DNA of 58,217 nucleotides from sequence record OR589135.1. One strand, 5' to 3'. Shown piece by piece: positions 1-8,378 of the stretch. How positions within the stretch are numbered: position 1 is the stretch's first letter; each line of letters begins with the position of its first letter. The notes beneath the pieces are model-generated. The model was not told the DNA's origin. It saw nothing but the letters and a program-made list of their open reading frames with translations, and ran no database searches. The DNA comes from Pseudomonas phage UF_RH7. The translations under genes and the position numbers were made by a program.

Positions 1-38
1 GACTTTACTACTGATTTTATTATCTTTTTACCTATTTA

Positions 39-226
39 CCCTAAGTACCCTAAGTTAAGAAGAAATTAAGCGTGTATACAGAAAGAAGAAGTAAGGTCAT
101 CACATGATGTCGTGTCGCATTACGCGTATACGGAATTTTTGCAACTTAGGGCACTTAGCAGATCACCCCATAAATGTTTATATTCAACAACATAACGTGC
201 CCTAAGTTGATTTTCGGCACTTAGGG
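39..226. repeat. Left-end non-coding repeat cluster: 8-bp motif CCCTAAGT / ACTTAGGG in 5 copies (39-46, 48-55, 144-151, 200-207, 219-226). An 11-bp perfect inverted pair lies at 144-154 / 197-207.
   Basis: Read directly from the sequence. Non-coding genome end. Candidate packaging (cosB-like) or protein-binding sites. Confidence 0.7.
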
Positions 227-364
227 TGATCGGCAGGAAAATGACGAAAACATGGAAAATTTGGAAAATCGAATCAGGAAGTTTTTGTTTCCTGTTAACG
301 ATTATCTAGTATTGATCATTGAAAAACCGGCCATAGCACCAGTCTGTTTTTCGCAGAAAAAGAA

Positions 365-392
365 AAACCGCCCGAAGGCGGTTCTTTTTATC
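365..392. terminator. Bidirectional rho-independent terminator: aaccgcc-cgaa-ggcggtt hairpin flanked by T-runs on both strands.
   Basis: GC stem with U-tract immediately downstream of the primase-helicase stop (407) on the minus strand. Confidence 0.6.
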
Positions 393-406
393 GACGAAAT
401 TTCCAA

Positions 407-2992
407 TCAAAGATCGTCATCGACGTCTTCGAACGCAGTTTCCTCATTTTTATTGTGCTCAGCGAAGTGCAAACGCACCTTTTCCGGGTCTGGATTTCCG
501 TCTTCCTTCATCCATTTTCTCGGGTCTAACGCGTAAACATAGCCTTCCTCTCCATCCACCCTGACGCGAGACCAGGATTTCGTCCCGACCTTCTTATACC
601 CGAGGTCGGAAAGGCGGCGGTTGATAGCACTGGTACGGCCGATTTCCCGTTCTGGGATAGCATCCACGATGAACTTTTTCAGGTCTGGCAGGAAAATGAG
701 TTCGTTGCTGACGCCGCGAATCTTCCCGCTGTACGTCGCCTCTTTAATCGACCGCGTGATGTCGTCCACTGCGTAGTCGATCATGTAGTCGCGAGCTGCA
801 GTATCCCGCGGAGCCTGGCCGGCGTCGTGGGCAAACCCTTCGCTGAACTCCCATTCCGAAAACCACTTACGCAAAGCCCCAGGGTAGCGGCGGAACGCGG
901 CATCCATGCGACGGAAGAAGTTCGGGTCACTGCGCTTGAAGGCGTTCAACACTTCGGTATTCGTGAAGTAGGATTCGACGATCAGCCACCGACGGTCTTC
1001 GTTGTCGATCGGCAGCGCCGCCGGGTCGTTGGTGAAGGCGATATATGACGCGGTGTTCCTGATCTCGAAGGAGTCCACGCCTTTCCTTTCGCACGGAATG
1101 AATGGGTTCGTGATCTTGTCCTTCAGGTCGTTTATGACGTCATATTTGTGGCGCGGCACGGAGACTTCCTCGAGCACCTTGACCAAACCGCCTTCAGTCC
1201 ACCCGGTGAACTTACCCTGGAAAATCTTGTTGTTCACGACGTCGACGTTTGTGTGGCCAAGCAAGCATTTCAGCATCGAGGCGATGATCGATTTACCGGA
1301 GCCTTGCGTGCCGCGGATGACCAGAGCGTAGTCTACGCGCCGGCCGGGGTTTGCGATGACCCAGGCCAGCCAGTCCATGACATAGCGGCGCTCCTTGTCG
1401 TCCGGGAACTGGACGAAGAAGAAGTCCTTGAGCGTGTTGATCGCTTTCAGTTCCTGCTTCGAGTAGGACTCAGGCATCTTAGCCAGGGTATCCGGGTTGA
1501 AGGTGTTCAGGAACGTCCGTCCCAGCTCGTCTTTGAACAAGTCGGTGCCAGGCAGGCGCCAGTGACGCTTCCATTCGTTGTTCGGCAGGTCGCCGTGATG
1601 CAGCGGGTCATAGCGCTGGCCATCCACAACCGGAACCGGGAATATTTTCGTGGCCAGATCCACCGGCAACGCGCCGCCCTCTTTGTCGGAGGAAACGAAA
1701 CGCTGGTTTGCCATGTTGAAAGCGCCCGGCAAAACCTCGATGGCGTTATTCCGGTTGACGAACGCGCCGGCAACCTGGTCCAGGACCCACGGCTTCAGCC
1801 ACTCCGGCAGATCGTCGGAGTTCGGGCGGTAGTCCAGATAAGATTTCGCCTCGGCTTTATCCAGCGGGCGGTTGAATATGCGTTTGAACGCCTCAATGGC
1901 CACCGCGCGCACGTCGTTTCGAGCGACGCCGAAAATTGCCTCGCGTTTCAGGCGGTCAGCGGCTTCCAGCCATTCTTTTTTGGACGTGGCCATGTCGAAA
2001 AGCGGCATAAGCTCTTCTGCAACAACGGCCGCCTGCTCTTTTTCGATCTCGCGGGCTTGTTTTATGAACGTAGCCAGGGTGATCAGGCTATCGCCATCGT
2101 GGTGGAAGCCCTTCTGCCACTTGTCTTCGAAGGCGTCCATGTCGAAATTGAAGGCCTGCGCCGACCATTTCAGGGCAATATCGTAGGCTAAATCCTGATT
2201 TTCAACGCTTATTTGCAGCGCCGCAATCATCTCAATCCAGGTCTGGTAGTCCTCATACCCCGGAATGAGCATGACCAAACGCTCCAGTTCTTCGTCAGAA
2301 CCTTCCCATTTGCGCACCAGATCAGCGTCTGACAGGCCAAAAGCGTCATCATCGCCGATGCTGGTGGCCGCCGGCCGCGATTTTTTGGCCTTCAGCTTTC
2401 TCACCCAACCCGCTTCCTCTGCCATCTGGTCGAAGGCATCGCAAATGGCGCGCGCATCCTCCGGCGTCAGCGTTGGAAGTTCATCGACCGCCGTGTTCGT
2501 CGGGTCTTTTCCGTCAACCCACCAATACGGCTCGTCGGTGTCCGGGTGAATGCCGAAAGCCACCAGCTGCTGGCCATCGCCGAGGATTTCTACCTTGCTG
2601 GCGTGCCCGCTTGGCGAAGTCCAGGTGCCGGAGGTAATTTTGGTGAACGGTTCATCGGTTCTGAACAGCATCAACCGCTTCGGCGCCATGCCGAAACGAA
2701 CCGGCGCCATGCCGTAGTCGAACTCTACCAGCTCCTGAACCGCAGAAGCCATGGCGTCGTCGTAAACGTCAATATCAACAGCCGGGGTATAGGCGGTATT
2801 CAGGCCTGCGCCGCCATTTTTGAACTCTTTTTCCCAGCGTTTCGCCAGTTTTGAGTCCGCTTGATAGGTCGTCCATTCGTCAAATGGCGGCCGTTTTGTC
2901 TTGAATCGCAGAGGCAGAAAGTTATAGCCGTTCTCTAAAAGGTCGGGCCATACCTCTGCCAGTTTGGTTTTGTGCAGATTATCGTCCATCAC
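407..2992 (-). CDS. Bifunctional primase-polymerase (Prim-Pol N-terminus) / SF3 helicase (P4-alpha / D5-like); C-terminal acidic tail ...DVDDDL.
   Basis: 861 aa. N-terminal Prim-Pol-like region (LPLRFKTKRPPFDEW). Walker A RGTQGSGKS. P4/D5-family helicase core. SD-like gtggggcgg upstream of the ATG. Confidence 0.8.
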   Translation of the reverse strand: MMDDNLHKTKLAEVWPDLLENGYNFLPLRFKTKRPPFDEWTTYQADSKLAKRWEKEFKNGGAGLNTAYTPAVDIDVYDDAMASAVQELVEFDYGMAPVRFGMAPKRLMLFRTDEPFTKITSGTWTSPSGHASKVEILGDGQQLVAFGIHPDTDEPYWWVDGKDPTNTAVDELPTLTPEDARAICDAFDQMAEEAGWVRKLKAKKSRPAATSIGDDDAFGLSDADLVRKWEGSDEELERLVMLIPGYEDYQTWIEMIAALQISVENQDLAYDIALKWSAQAFNFDMDAFEDKWQKGFHHDGDSLITLATFIKQAREIEKEQAAVVAEELMPLFDMATSKKEWLEAADRLKREAIFGVARNDVRAVAIEAFKRIFNRPLDKAEAKSYLDYRPNSDDLPEWLKPWVLDQVAGAFVNRNNAIEVLPGAFNMANQRFVSSDKEGGALPVDLATKIFPVPVVDGQRYDPLHHGDLPNNEWKRHWRLPGTDLFKDELGRTFLNTFNPDTLAKMPESYSKQELKAINTLKDFFFVQFPDDKERRYVMDWLAWVIANPGRRVDYALVIRGTQGSGKSIIASMLKCLLGHTNVDVVNNKIFQGKFTGWTEGGLVKVLEEVSVPRHKYDVINDLKDKITNPFIPCERKGVDSFEIRNTASYIAFTNDPAALPIDNEDRRWLIVESYFTNTEVLNAFKRSDPNFFRRMDAAFRRYPGALRKWFSEWEFSEGFAHDAGQAPRDTAARDYMIDYAVDDITRSIKEATYSGKIRGVSNELIFLPDLKKFIVDAIPEREIGRTSAINRRLSDLGYKKVGTKSWSRVRVDGEEGYVYALDPRKWMKEDGNPDPEKVRLHFAEHNKNEETAFEDVDDDL

Positions 2993-3001
2993 CGCCCCAC
3001 T

Positions 3002-3295
3002 TTATTGGTCGATTTCATTAGGCAGACGTTCAAAATCATCCCTGGAAATCACATCCTTCCCGACGATCGCTTCGATCGCCAGCGGCACCGCCGGCGGAAT
3101 CGTCCGTCGATTGAGTGCGGAGTATAAAGCATTGTCACTCGCGTATCCGCACGCGCGACAAACAGATGAAATGCCGCCTTTTTCGCCGAGATAGGCTGCG
3201 GCTATGCGAAACATAAAACGGCATCTTGCCAGGTATCGCTCCGATGGCGATAACGTCGGGTCAGTGACCCACGCCGGCAGCGGGAAGTTCTTCAT
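3002..3295 (-). CDS. Small HTH DNA-binding protein (putative early regulator).
   Basis: 97 aa. Helix-turn-helix-like segment SSVCRACGYASDNALYSALNRR. First gene of the leftward operon from the divergent hub. Confidence 0.45.
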   Translation of the reverse strand: MKNFPLPAWVTDPTLSPSERYLARCRFMFRIAAAYLGEKGGISSVCRACGYASDNALYSALNRRTIPPAVPLAIEAIVGKDVISRDDFERLPNEIDQ

Positions 3296-3472
3296 GCACT
3301 ACCTCTCTTTCTCTCTTTTAGCAGTAATGTGAAACATCCTACTCTAGAAGAAATATCAAAATCAATGTGAAAAAGTATTTGACAACAATTTCAGGTTAGG
3401 CCATTCTGATTTGGCGGCGAACGAGAGTCGCCATTTTACAAAAACTGTTAATCATTTTTCGGAGAAGAAACC
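3296..3472. promoter_or_regulatory. Divergent intergenic control region: perfect -35 TTGACA at 3379-3384 and direct repeats AATGTGAAA at 3326-3334 and 3364-3372.
   Basis: 177-bp gap between divergent genes. Consensus -35 hexamer but only a weak -10. Repeated 9-mers are candidate operator sites. Confidence 0.4.
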
Positions 3473-3856
3473 ATGTCTGAAGTTACCGTTAAAATCGAAA
3501 TTGTAGGCCTGGCTGACCTGATCGGCGCACTGAACACCCACACCCAGGCTCTGGCCGGCGGTGCTGCACCGACCGAAACCAAAACCACCAGCACCAAAAC
3601 GACTCCGGCCAAGGAAACCAAGCCGAAAGTCACCAAACCTAAAGCCTCCAAAGCTGAAGTGAGCACCGCCCTGGGCGAAGTGAAAGCGGCCTTCGGCATC
3701 GACGCTGCTCGCGAAATCATGTCCGAAAACGGCGGCTTCGCTAAAATGGCGGACATCACTCCTGAGCACTACGATGCTATCGTTGCTGCCTGTGCTGCAA
3801 AAATCGCGGAAAACGATGACGGCGCCGGCACCGAAGAAGAAGGCGACGGTCTGTAA
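3473..3856 (+). CDS. Hypothetical protein with Lys/Thr/Pro-rich linker and acidic C-terminal tail ...EEEGDGL.
   Basis: 127 aa. Strong SD (ggagaag) before the ATG. Low-complexity TETKTTSTKTTPAKETKPKVTKPK linker. Confidence 0.6.
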   Translation: MSEVTVKIEIVGLADLIGALNTHTQALAGGAAPTETKTTSTKTTPAKETKPKVTKPKASKAEVSTALGEVKAAFGIDAAREIMSENGGFAKMADITPEHYDAIVAACAAKIAENDDGAGTEEEGDGL

Positions 3857-3877
3857 GGCCTGATCTCTTCATCTTAG

Positions 3878-3906
3878 CAATAAACAAAGCCTGCCATCCG
3901 GCGGGC
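3878..3906 (+). terminator. Hairpin aaagcctgcc-atcc-ggcgggcttt followed by gtt (weak terminator or attenuator).
   Basis: Read from the sequence. The T-tract is poor, so this may be a partial terminator or RNA-processing hairpin. Confidence 0.35.
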
Positions 3907-3907
3907 T

Positions 3908-5227
3908 TTGTTCCAGAAGGGGGTAGTCTTGACCGAGCATAAGCTAGACCTGGATAAACTTGTAGCCGATCGAAACGGCCATTCCGTTTTCGGGCCATCC
4001 GGCAGTGCTATGTGGTCGACCTGCGCCGGCTCGCTTATCCCCAACTTGCTCGCTCCTGATGAAACGTCGTTCGAAGCCGCCGAAGGCACCGTGGCGCACG
4101 CCATAGCTGAGGAATGGCTGAAAACAGGCATCAAGCCCAAGCACCACCTGGGCACGACGCAAATAGTCGAAGAAAACGGCCTAAGATTCGAAATTGTGAT
4201 CGACGTCATAATGTTCGATTACATCAAATCGTATGTCGACTGGGTTCGCTTCCTTCCCGGTCAGCATTATGTCGAAAGGCGGGTCGATTTTTCCCGGCTT
4301 ATGCCGATACCGAAGCAAACGGGTACTGCCGATTTCATCGCGCTGGAGCACGGCAAGATGTGGATCAGAGACCTGAAATACGGCGCTGGCGTATACGTTG
4401 AGGTCGAAAACAACACCCAGGCGCTGCTGTATGCCCTCGGGGCGTTCTACGAATACGATGAAATCTATGATATTCAAGAGATTGACATCGGAATCGGCCA
4501 GCCTCGAATGGATAATTTCAGCACCTGGACCATTTCACGCGAAGAATTGCTGTCATGGGAACCGTATTTCAGGGAAACTGCAGCAGCGGCATGGAAAGTC
4601 AACGCGCCGCGCCATCCTTCAGTGAAGGGTTGCCGGTGGTGCAAGGTCAAAGCGACCTGCGGCGCCCAGGCTAAACTTCAGGAAGAGCTGGCAACGTTGG
4701 CGTTTGACGACCTGGCGGAAGACAAAACGGAACAGGACATCGAAGCGTTGAAAAACAGGATTACGGACGACCTTGAGCCGTATAAACTGGAGTTCGTCTC
4801 TCCGAGTGACCTTACCGTGGAGCAGATGGCCATCCTCGTACCGTATCGCCGCCTGGCGGAAATGTGGTGGAAGTCAATCGAGGATGAACTGGAAAAACGC
4901 CTGCAGGAAGGGGCGAAAGTGCCAGGCTATAAACTTGTCGATGGGCGAAAGTCGCGAGACTTCATCAACGAGAAAAAGGCAGCAGAGGAATTGGAGTGGC
5001 TAGGCCTCGAACCGGGTGAGATTTTTGAGCGTAAAATGATCTCGCCGGCGGAAGCTGAAAAACGTCTTCGCAAAAAGGGGTATCGCATGGCTGACATGCC
5101 GTCCCTTCTGAAAAAGATCGTTTATGCCAAGCCAGGGAAGCCAACGATGGCACCCGAAAGCGACAAAAGGGAAGCAGTGCAAGACATGGCCGGTGACGCG
5201 TTCGAAAGTATGGACGACGACCTGTAG
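3908..5227 (+). CDS. PD-(D/E)XK Cas4/RecB-like nuclease (DUF2800-like) with C-terminal Cys cluster; acidic tail ...SMDDDL.
   Basis: 439 aa as listed in the ORF track, which uses a TTG start at 3908. The real start is probably TTG at 3929 with SD aaggggg, because 3908 lies inside the upstream hairpin. CRWCKVKATC Cys motif. Paired with a gp2.5-like SSB as in DUF2800/DUF2815 modules. Confidence 0.6.
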   Translation: MFQKGVVLTEHKLDLDKLVADRNGHSVFGPSGSAMWSTCAGSLIPNLLAPDETSFEAAEGTVAHAIAEEWLKTGIKPKHHLGTTQIVEENGLRFEIVIDVIMFDYIKSYVDWVRFLPGQHYVERRVDFSRLMPIPKQTGTADFIALEHGKMWIRDLKYGAGVYVEVENNTQALLYALGAFYEYDEIYDIQEIDIGIGQPRMDNFSTWTISREELLSWEPYFRETAAAAWKVNAPRHPSVKGCRWCKVKATCGAQAKLQEELATLAFDDLAEDKTEQDIEALKNRITDDLEPYKLEFVSPSDLTVEQMAILVPYRRLAEMWWKSIEDELEKRLQEGAKVPGYKLVDGRKSRDFINEKKAAEELEWLGLEPGEIFERKMISPAEAEKRLRKKGYRMADMPSLLKKIVYAKPGKPTMAPESDKREAVQDMAGDAFESMDDDL

Positions 5228-5280
5228 CCAGAAAACCAGAAACCGTGAAAATCACGAAACCCGAATAGAAGGAATATCAC

Positions 5281-5880
5281 ATGGCTTTAGAAGTCGCTAA
5301 GAAAGTAAAAAACGCCGTTCTGTACACCAACGGCTGCATTCGCATCGACGGCGTTCGCGCTTCGTTCCCTCACCTGGATAAGCCATACGCAGGTGAAGAC
5401 GGCGGCACACCGGCTTACGGTTTGGTGAGCCTGCTGGACAAAACCACTCACAAAGAGGCGAAAGATCTCATTGTTGAGCGGATTAACGAAGTCCTGGCGC
5501 AGAACAAAAATGCGAAAGTTGCTGCTGATCGCAAATTCATCCGCAACGGCGACGACTCTGCCCGCGATGAAGAGAACGGCCATTGGACAGTATCCGCGCG
5601 CGAAACCAAGCGCCCTAGCATCCGCGATAAGGATAAGTCGGTGCTGTCACCTGAAGAAGCCCTGGATAAGATCTACGGTGGCTGCTTCGTAAACGTGCTT
5701 ATCCGTCCGTGGTTCCAGGATAATAAGTACGGCAAGCGCGTTAACGCAGGTCTGGTAGCGGTTCAGTTCCTCCGAGACGGCGAGGCCTTCGGTGAAGGTC
5801 GCATCGACGACGAAGAGGCGTGGGATGATGTCGACGACGGAAATGAAGGCTTCACCGACGATGATGAAGACGGCCTGTAA
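5281..5880 (+). CDS. T7 gp2.5-like single-stranded DNA-binding protein (DUF2815-like) with acidic C-terminal tail ...DDDEDGL.
   Basis: 199 aa. Pattern similarity to T7 gp2.5 (YGLVSLLDK...LIVERINE; GCFVNVLIRPWFQ...VNAGLVAVQFL). Acidic tail as in gp2.5, but the terminal residue is Leu instead of Phe. Confidence 0.65.
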   Translation: MALEVAKKVKNAVLYTNGCIRIDGVRASFPHLDKPYAGEDGGTPAYGLVSLLDKTTHKEAKDLIVERINEVLAQNKNAKVAADRKFIRNGDDSARDEENGHWTVSARETKRPSIRDKDKSVLSPEEALDKIYGGCFVNVLIRPWFQDNKYGKRVNAGLVAVQFLRDGEAFGEGRIDDEEAWDDVDDGNEGFTDDDEDGL

Positions 5881-5957
5881 TACAGGGCGCTGAACCGCCG
5901 GTCTGCCAGCCGCCGTGGAGAAGTTTTCTCCGACGAATGACCGATGGAAGTTCTATT

Positions 5958-5985
5958 GCCCTCCTAACCGAGGGCATTTTTATTT
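5958..5985 (+). terminator. Rho-independent terminator gccctc-ctaacc-gagggc + tttttattt.
   Basis: Downstream of the SSB gene, before the strong SD (aaagggggagg) of the polymerase gene. Confidence 0.5.
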
Positions 5986-6000
5986 CGAAAGGGGGAGGCC

Positions 6001-8106
6001 ATGTCCCAAACCGTAATCAACCTTGACTACGAAAGTAAATCGCCGGTTAACCTAAAGACGGAAGGGTTAGACCGGTATTCCGCGCATCGAGATACCGAAG
6101 TGATGATGGCCAGCTGGTCAATTAACGAAGGTACTGTCCAGCACTGGGATTACAACAACGGCCGCATGCCAGGCGAACTTCGCGAAGCGCTTGAAGATCC
6201 TGACGTGGAGAAGTGGGCATTCAACGCTCAATTCGAACGCATCATGACCCAGCGCGTTCTGAAGATAAAAACGCCATACGAGTCTTGGCGCTGTACGATG
6301 GTGCTGGCCTACATGCAAGGTTTCTCCGGCACGCTTGAACAGGTAGGCCGCAACGTCGGTCTACCGGATGACAAGCAGAAAATGGCAGACGGCAAACGCC
6401 TTATCCGTCTATTTTGCACGCCCCAAAAGCCCACAAAAAACCAGCCGCATATCTGGCGCGATCTGCTTACCGACCCAGACGAGTGGGAGCATTTCTGCCT
6501 GTATAACATCCGAGACACCGAAACCGAGATGGCCATCAAGCGCCGGCTGATAAAGTACCCAGTCCCGGCCTCCGAGTGGGCCCTGTACGCGCTTGACCAA
6601 CAGATCAATGACCGCGGAGTTCCGGTCGACATGGATTTCGTCAACAATGCAATCTGGATGGCGGCGCGCCGAAAAAAGGAACTCATTGCAGACCTGAAAA
6701 AGATCACGAAACTCGCTAACCCAAACTCCACGCCTCAGCTGCTCCCGTGGTTAAAAGAACGCGGATACCCGTTTGACGACATCCAGAAAGATACGGTGAA
6801 AAAGGTTGTTTCGATCCCTCTCGGAAAGCTGAAGCGCCAGCTGGATATTCGCCAAATGCTCAGCGTCGACGAGTACCTCGATGCAGATGACCCAGGAACT
6901 GTTCCTGTTGAAAAACAGCAGGAGATGAATCGCGCGCTGGACGTTCGGAAGAATGCCTCGCGCATCAGCATTAAAAAATACAACGCCATCGAGGCGGCGC
7001 GCGGCGAAGATGACCGGTTCCGGTTCTCTCTGCAGATGCACGGAGCCAGTCGGACAGGCCGATGGGCCGGGCGCCGGCTGCAGACGCAAAACCTTCCCCG
7101 GACGCCGAAGTTCCTGGAGGAAGACGAGGACTTGGAAATCGCTACCGAGATGATTCGCGCCGGCGAGTATGACATGTTCCAGCTCTATGTCGGGGAGCCG
7201 ATGGAAGCCCTGGTTGGCCTTGTACGATCGTCAATCCGCGCGTCAGAAGGCCGTGAACTCCGGGTGTGCGACCTTGCCTCGATTGAATCCGTGGTTATCG
7301 GCTGGATGTGCAAATGTGCGTGGCTAATGGGCGTTCTCGACCGCGGGCACGATATTTATCAGTCGTTCGGTGTCCATTTGTTCGGCAAGCCGTATGAGCG
7401 GGTAACGAAGGCAGAACGAAACATCTCCAAACCACCAACACTCGGCTGCGGCTACCGCCTTGGCGGCGGCGAGATGCGAGACGGAAAGAAAACCGGCCTG
7501 TGGGGCTACGCAGAAAACATGGGCGTAAACATGACTCAAGACGAGTCGATTTACGCAGTAAAAGTCTTCCGTGAACTCTGCCCGGAAATCGTTCAGACCT
7601 GGTATGACCTCGAAAGGGCTGTAGAGAAATGCGTCAGAACCGGGGCAACCGTTCAATGCGGTGTCATTCGGTTCGAGATGAAAAAACCGTACCTTTGTGC
7701 CGTCCTGCCGAGCGGGCGCCGCCTCTACTACTTCAAGCCGAGGATCGAAACCAAGCAGTTCGAGGGTAAAACCGGTCCATACACCAAGAAGAGCTTCAGC
7801 TACGAGGGCCAGGATCAGAAGACAGGCCAATGGACGCGAATTTACTCCCACGGTGGTAAGCTGGTGGAAAACTTCGTTCAGGCGATCGCCCGTGACATCA
7901 TCAAGGCCGGCTTGCTTCGCGCAGACCGCGCGGGCTTCGACATCGTGATGCACGTTCACGATGAAATCGTCACCGAGCAGCCGAAGAACGATGACGTTCG
8001 CACAGTGGCGCTTCTGTCCGAGTGCATGACGGCACCGATCAGCTGGGCGCCAGGACTTCCGCTCAAGGCCACCGGCTGGGCGGGGCAGTTTTACAAGAAG
8101 GACTGA
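6001..8106 (+). CDS. Family-A DNA polymerase with 3'-5' proofreading exonuclease domain; no acidic tail.
   Basis: 701 aa. Exo I DxE (LDYESK). Pol motif A (VCDLASIESV), motif B-like (KPPTLGCGYRLGG), motif C (MHVHDEIV). Confidence 0.85.
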   Translation: MSQTVINLDYESKSPVNLKTEGLDRYSAHRDTEVMMASWSINEGTVQHWDYNNGRMPGELREALEDPDVEKWAFNAQFERIMTQRVLKIKTPYESWRCTMVLAYMQGFSGTLEQVGRNVGLPDDKQKMADGKRLIRLFCTPQKPTKNQPHIWRDLLTDPDEWEHFCLYNIRDTETEMAIKRRLIKYPVPASEWALYALDQQINDRGVPVDMDFVNNAIWMAARRKKELIADLKKITKLANPNSTPQLLPWLKERGYPFDDIQKDTVKKVVSIPLGKLKRQLDIRQMLSVDEYLDADDPGTVPVEKQQEMNRALDVRKNASRISIKKYNAIEAARGEDDRFRFSLQMHGASRTGRWAGRRLQTQNLPRTPKFLEEDEDLEIATEMIRAGEYDMFQLYVGEPMEALVGLVRSSIRASEGRELRVCDLASIESVVIGWMCKCAWLMGVLDRGHDIYQSFGVHLFGKPYERVTKAERNISKPPTLGCGYRLGGGEMRDGKKTGLWGYAENMGVNMTQDESIYAVKVFRELCPEIVQTWYDLERAVEKCVRTGATVQCGVIRFEMKKPYLCAVLPSGRRLYYFKPRIETKQFEGKTGPYTKKSFSYEGQDQKTGQWTRIYSHGGKLVENFVQAIARDIIKAGLLRADRAGFDIVMHVHDEIVTEQPKNDDVRTVALLSECMTAPISWAPGLPLKATGWAGQFYKKD

Positions 8107-8108
8107 CC

Positions 8109-8378
8109 ATGACTATCAGAGAATCAAAGGTCGAAAGCGATATTCGGAAATATGCGGAAAAACGCGGCTGGTGGCAGTGCAAGTTCACGTCTCCAAGCCT
8201 GCGCGGCGTGCCAGATCGGATATTTATTCGAGCAGGCAGACACGTTTTCATCGAGGTGAAGAGACCCGGCAAAAAGGCAACAGCTCAGCAGAAAAAGCGC
8301 CACGTTGACATGCGTGAAAAAGGTGCTGAAGTTTACGTCATCGACTGCGTGGAGGATGCATATGCGATACTCGAGTGA
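8109..8378 (+). CDS. VRR-NUC domain nuclease.
   Basis: ATG at 8109, 2 nt after the polymerase stop. Motif RGVPDRIFIRAGRHVFIEVKRPGKK (PD-(D/E)XK, VRR-NUC-like). The ORF-track start at 8022 lies inside the polymerase gene. Confidence 0.7.
   Translation: MTIRESKVESDIRKYAEKRGWWQCKFTSPSLRGVPDRIFIRAGRHVFIEVKRPGKKATAQQKKRHVDMREKGAEVYVIDCVEDAYAILE

Noticed and set aside
252-536. 94-aa plus-strand ORF at the left end
   Set aside because: Overlaps the 3' end of the primase-helicase gene and a terminator hairpin. No SD. Low-complexity translation. Likely spurious.
1148-2191. 347-aa ORF antisense to the primase-helicase
   Set aside because: Fully embedded antisense to a well-supported gene. High-GC frame artefact. 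Arg/Val-rich translation typical of non-coding antisense frames.
8022-8108. N-terminal 29 codons of the VRR-NUC ORF as listed
   Set aside because: They lie inside the polymerase coding region. ATG 8109, just after the polymerase stop, is the more plausible start.
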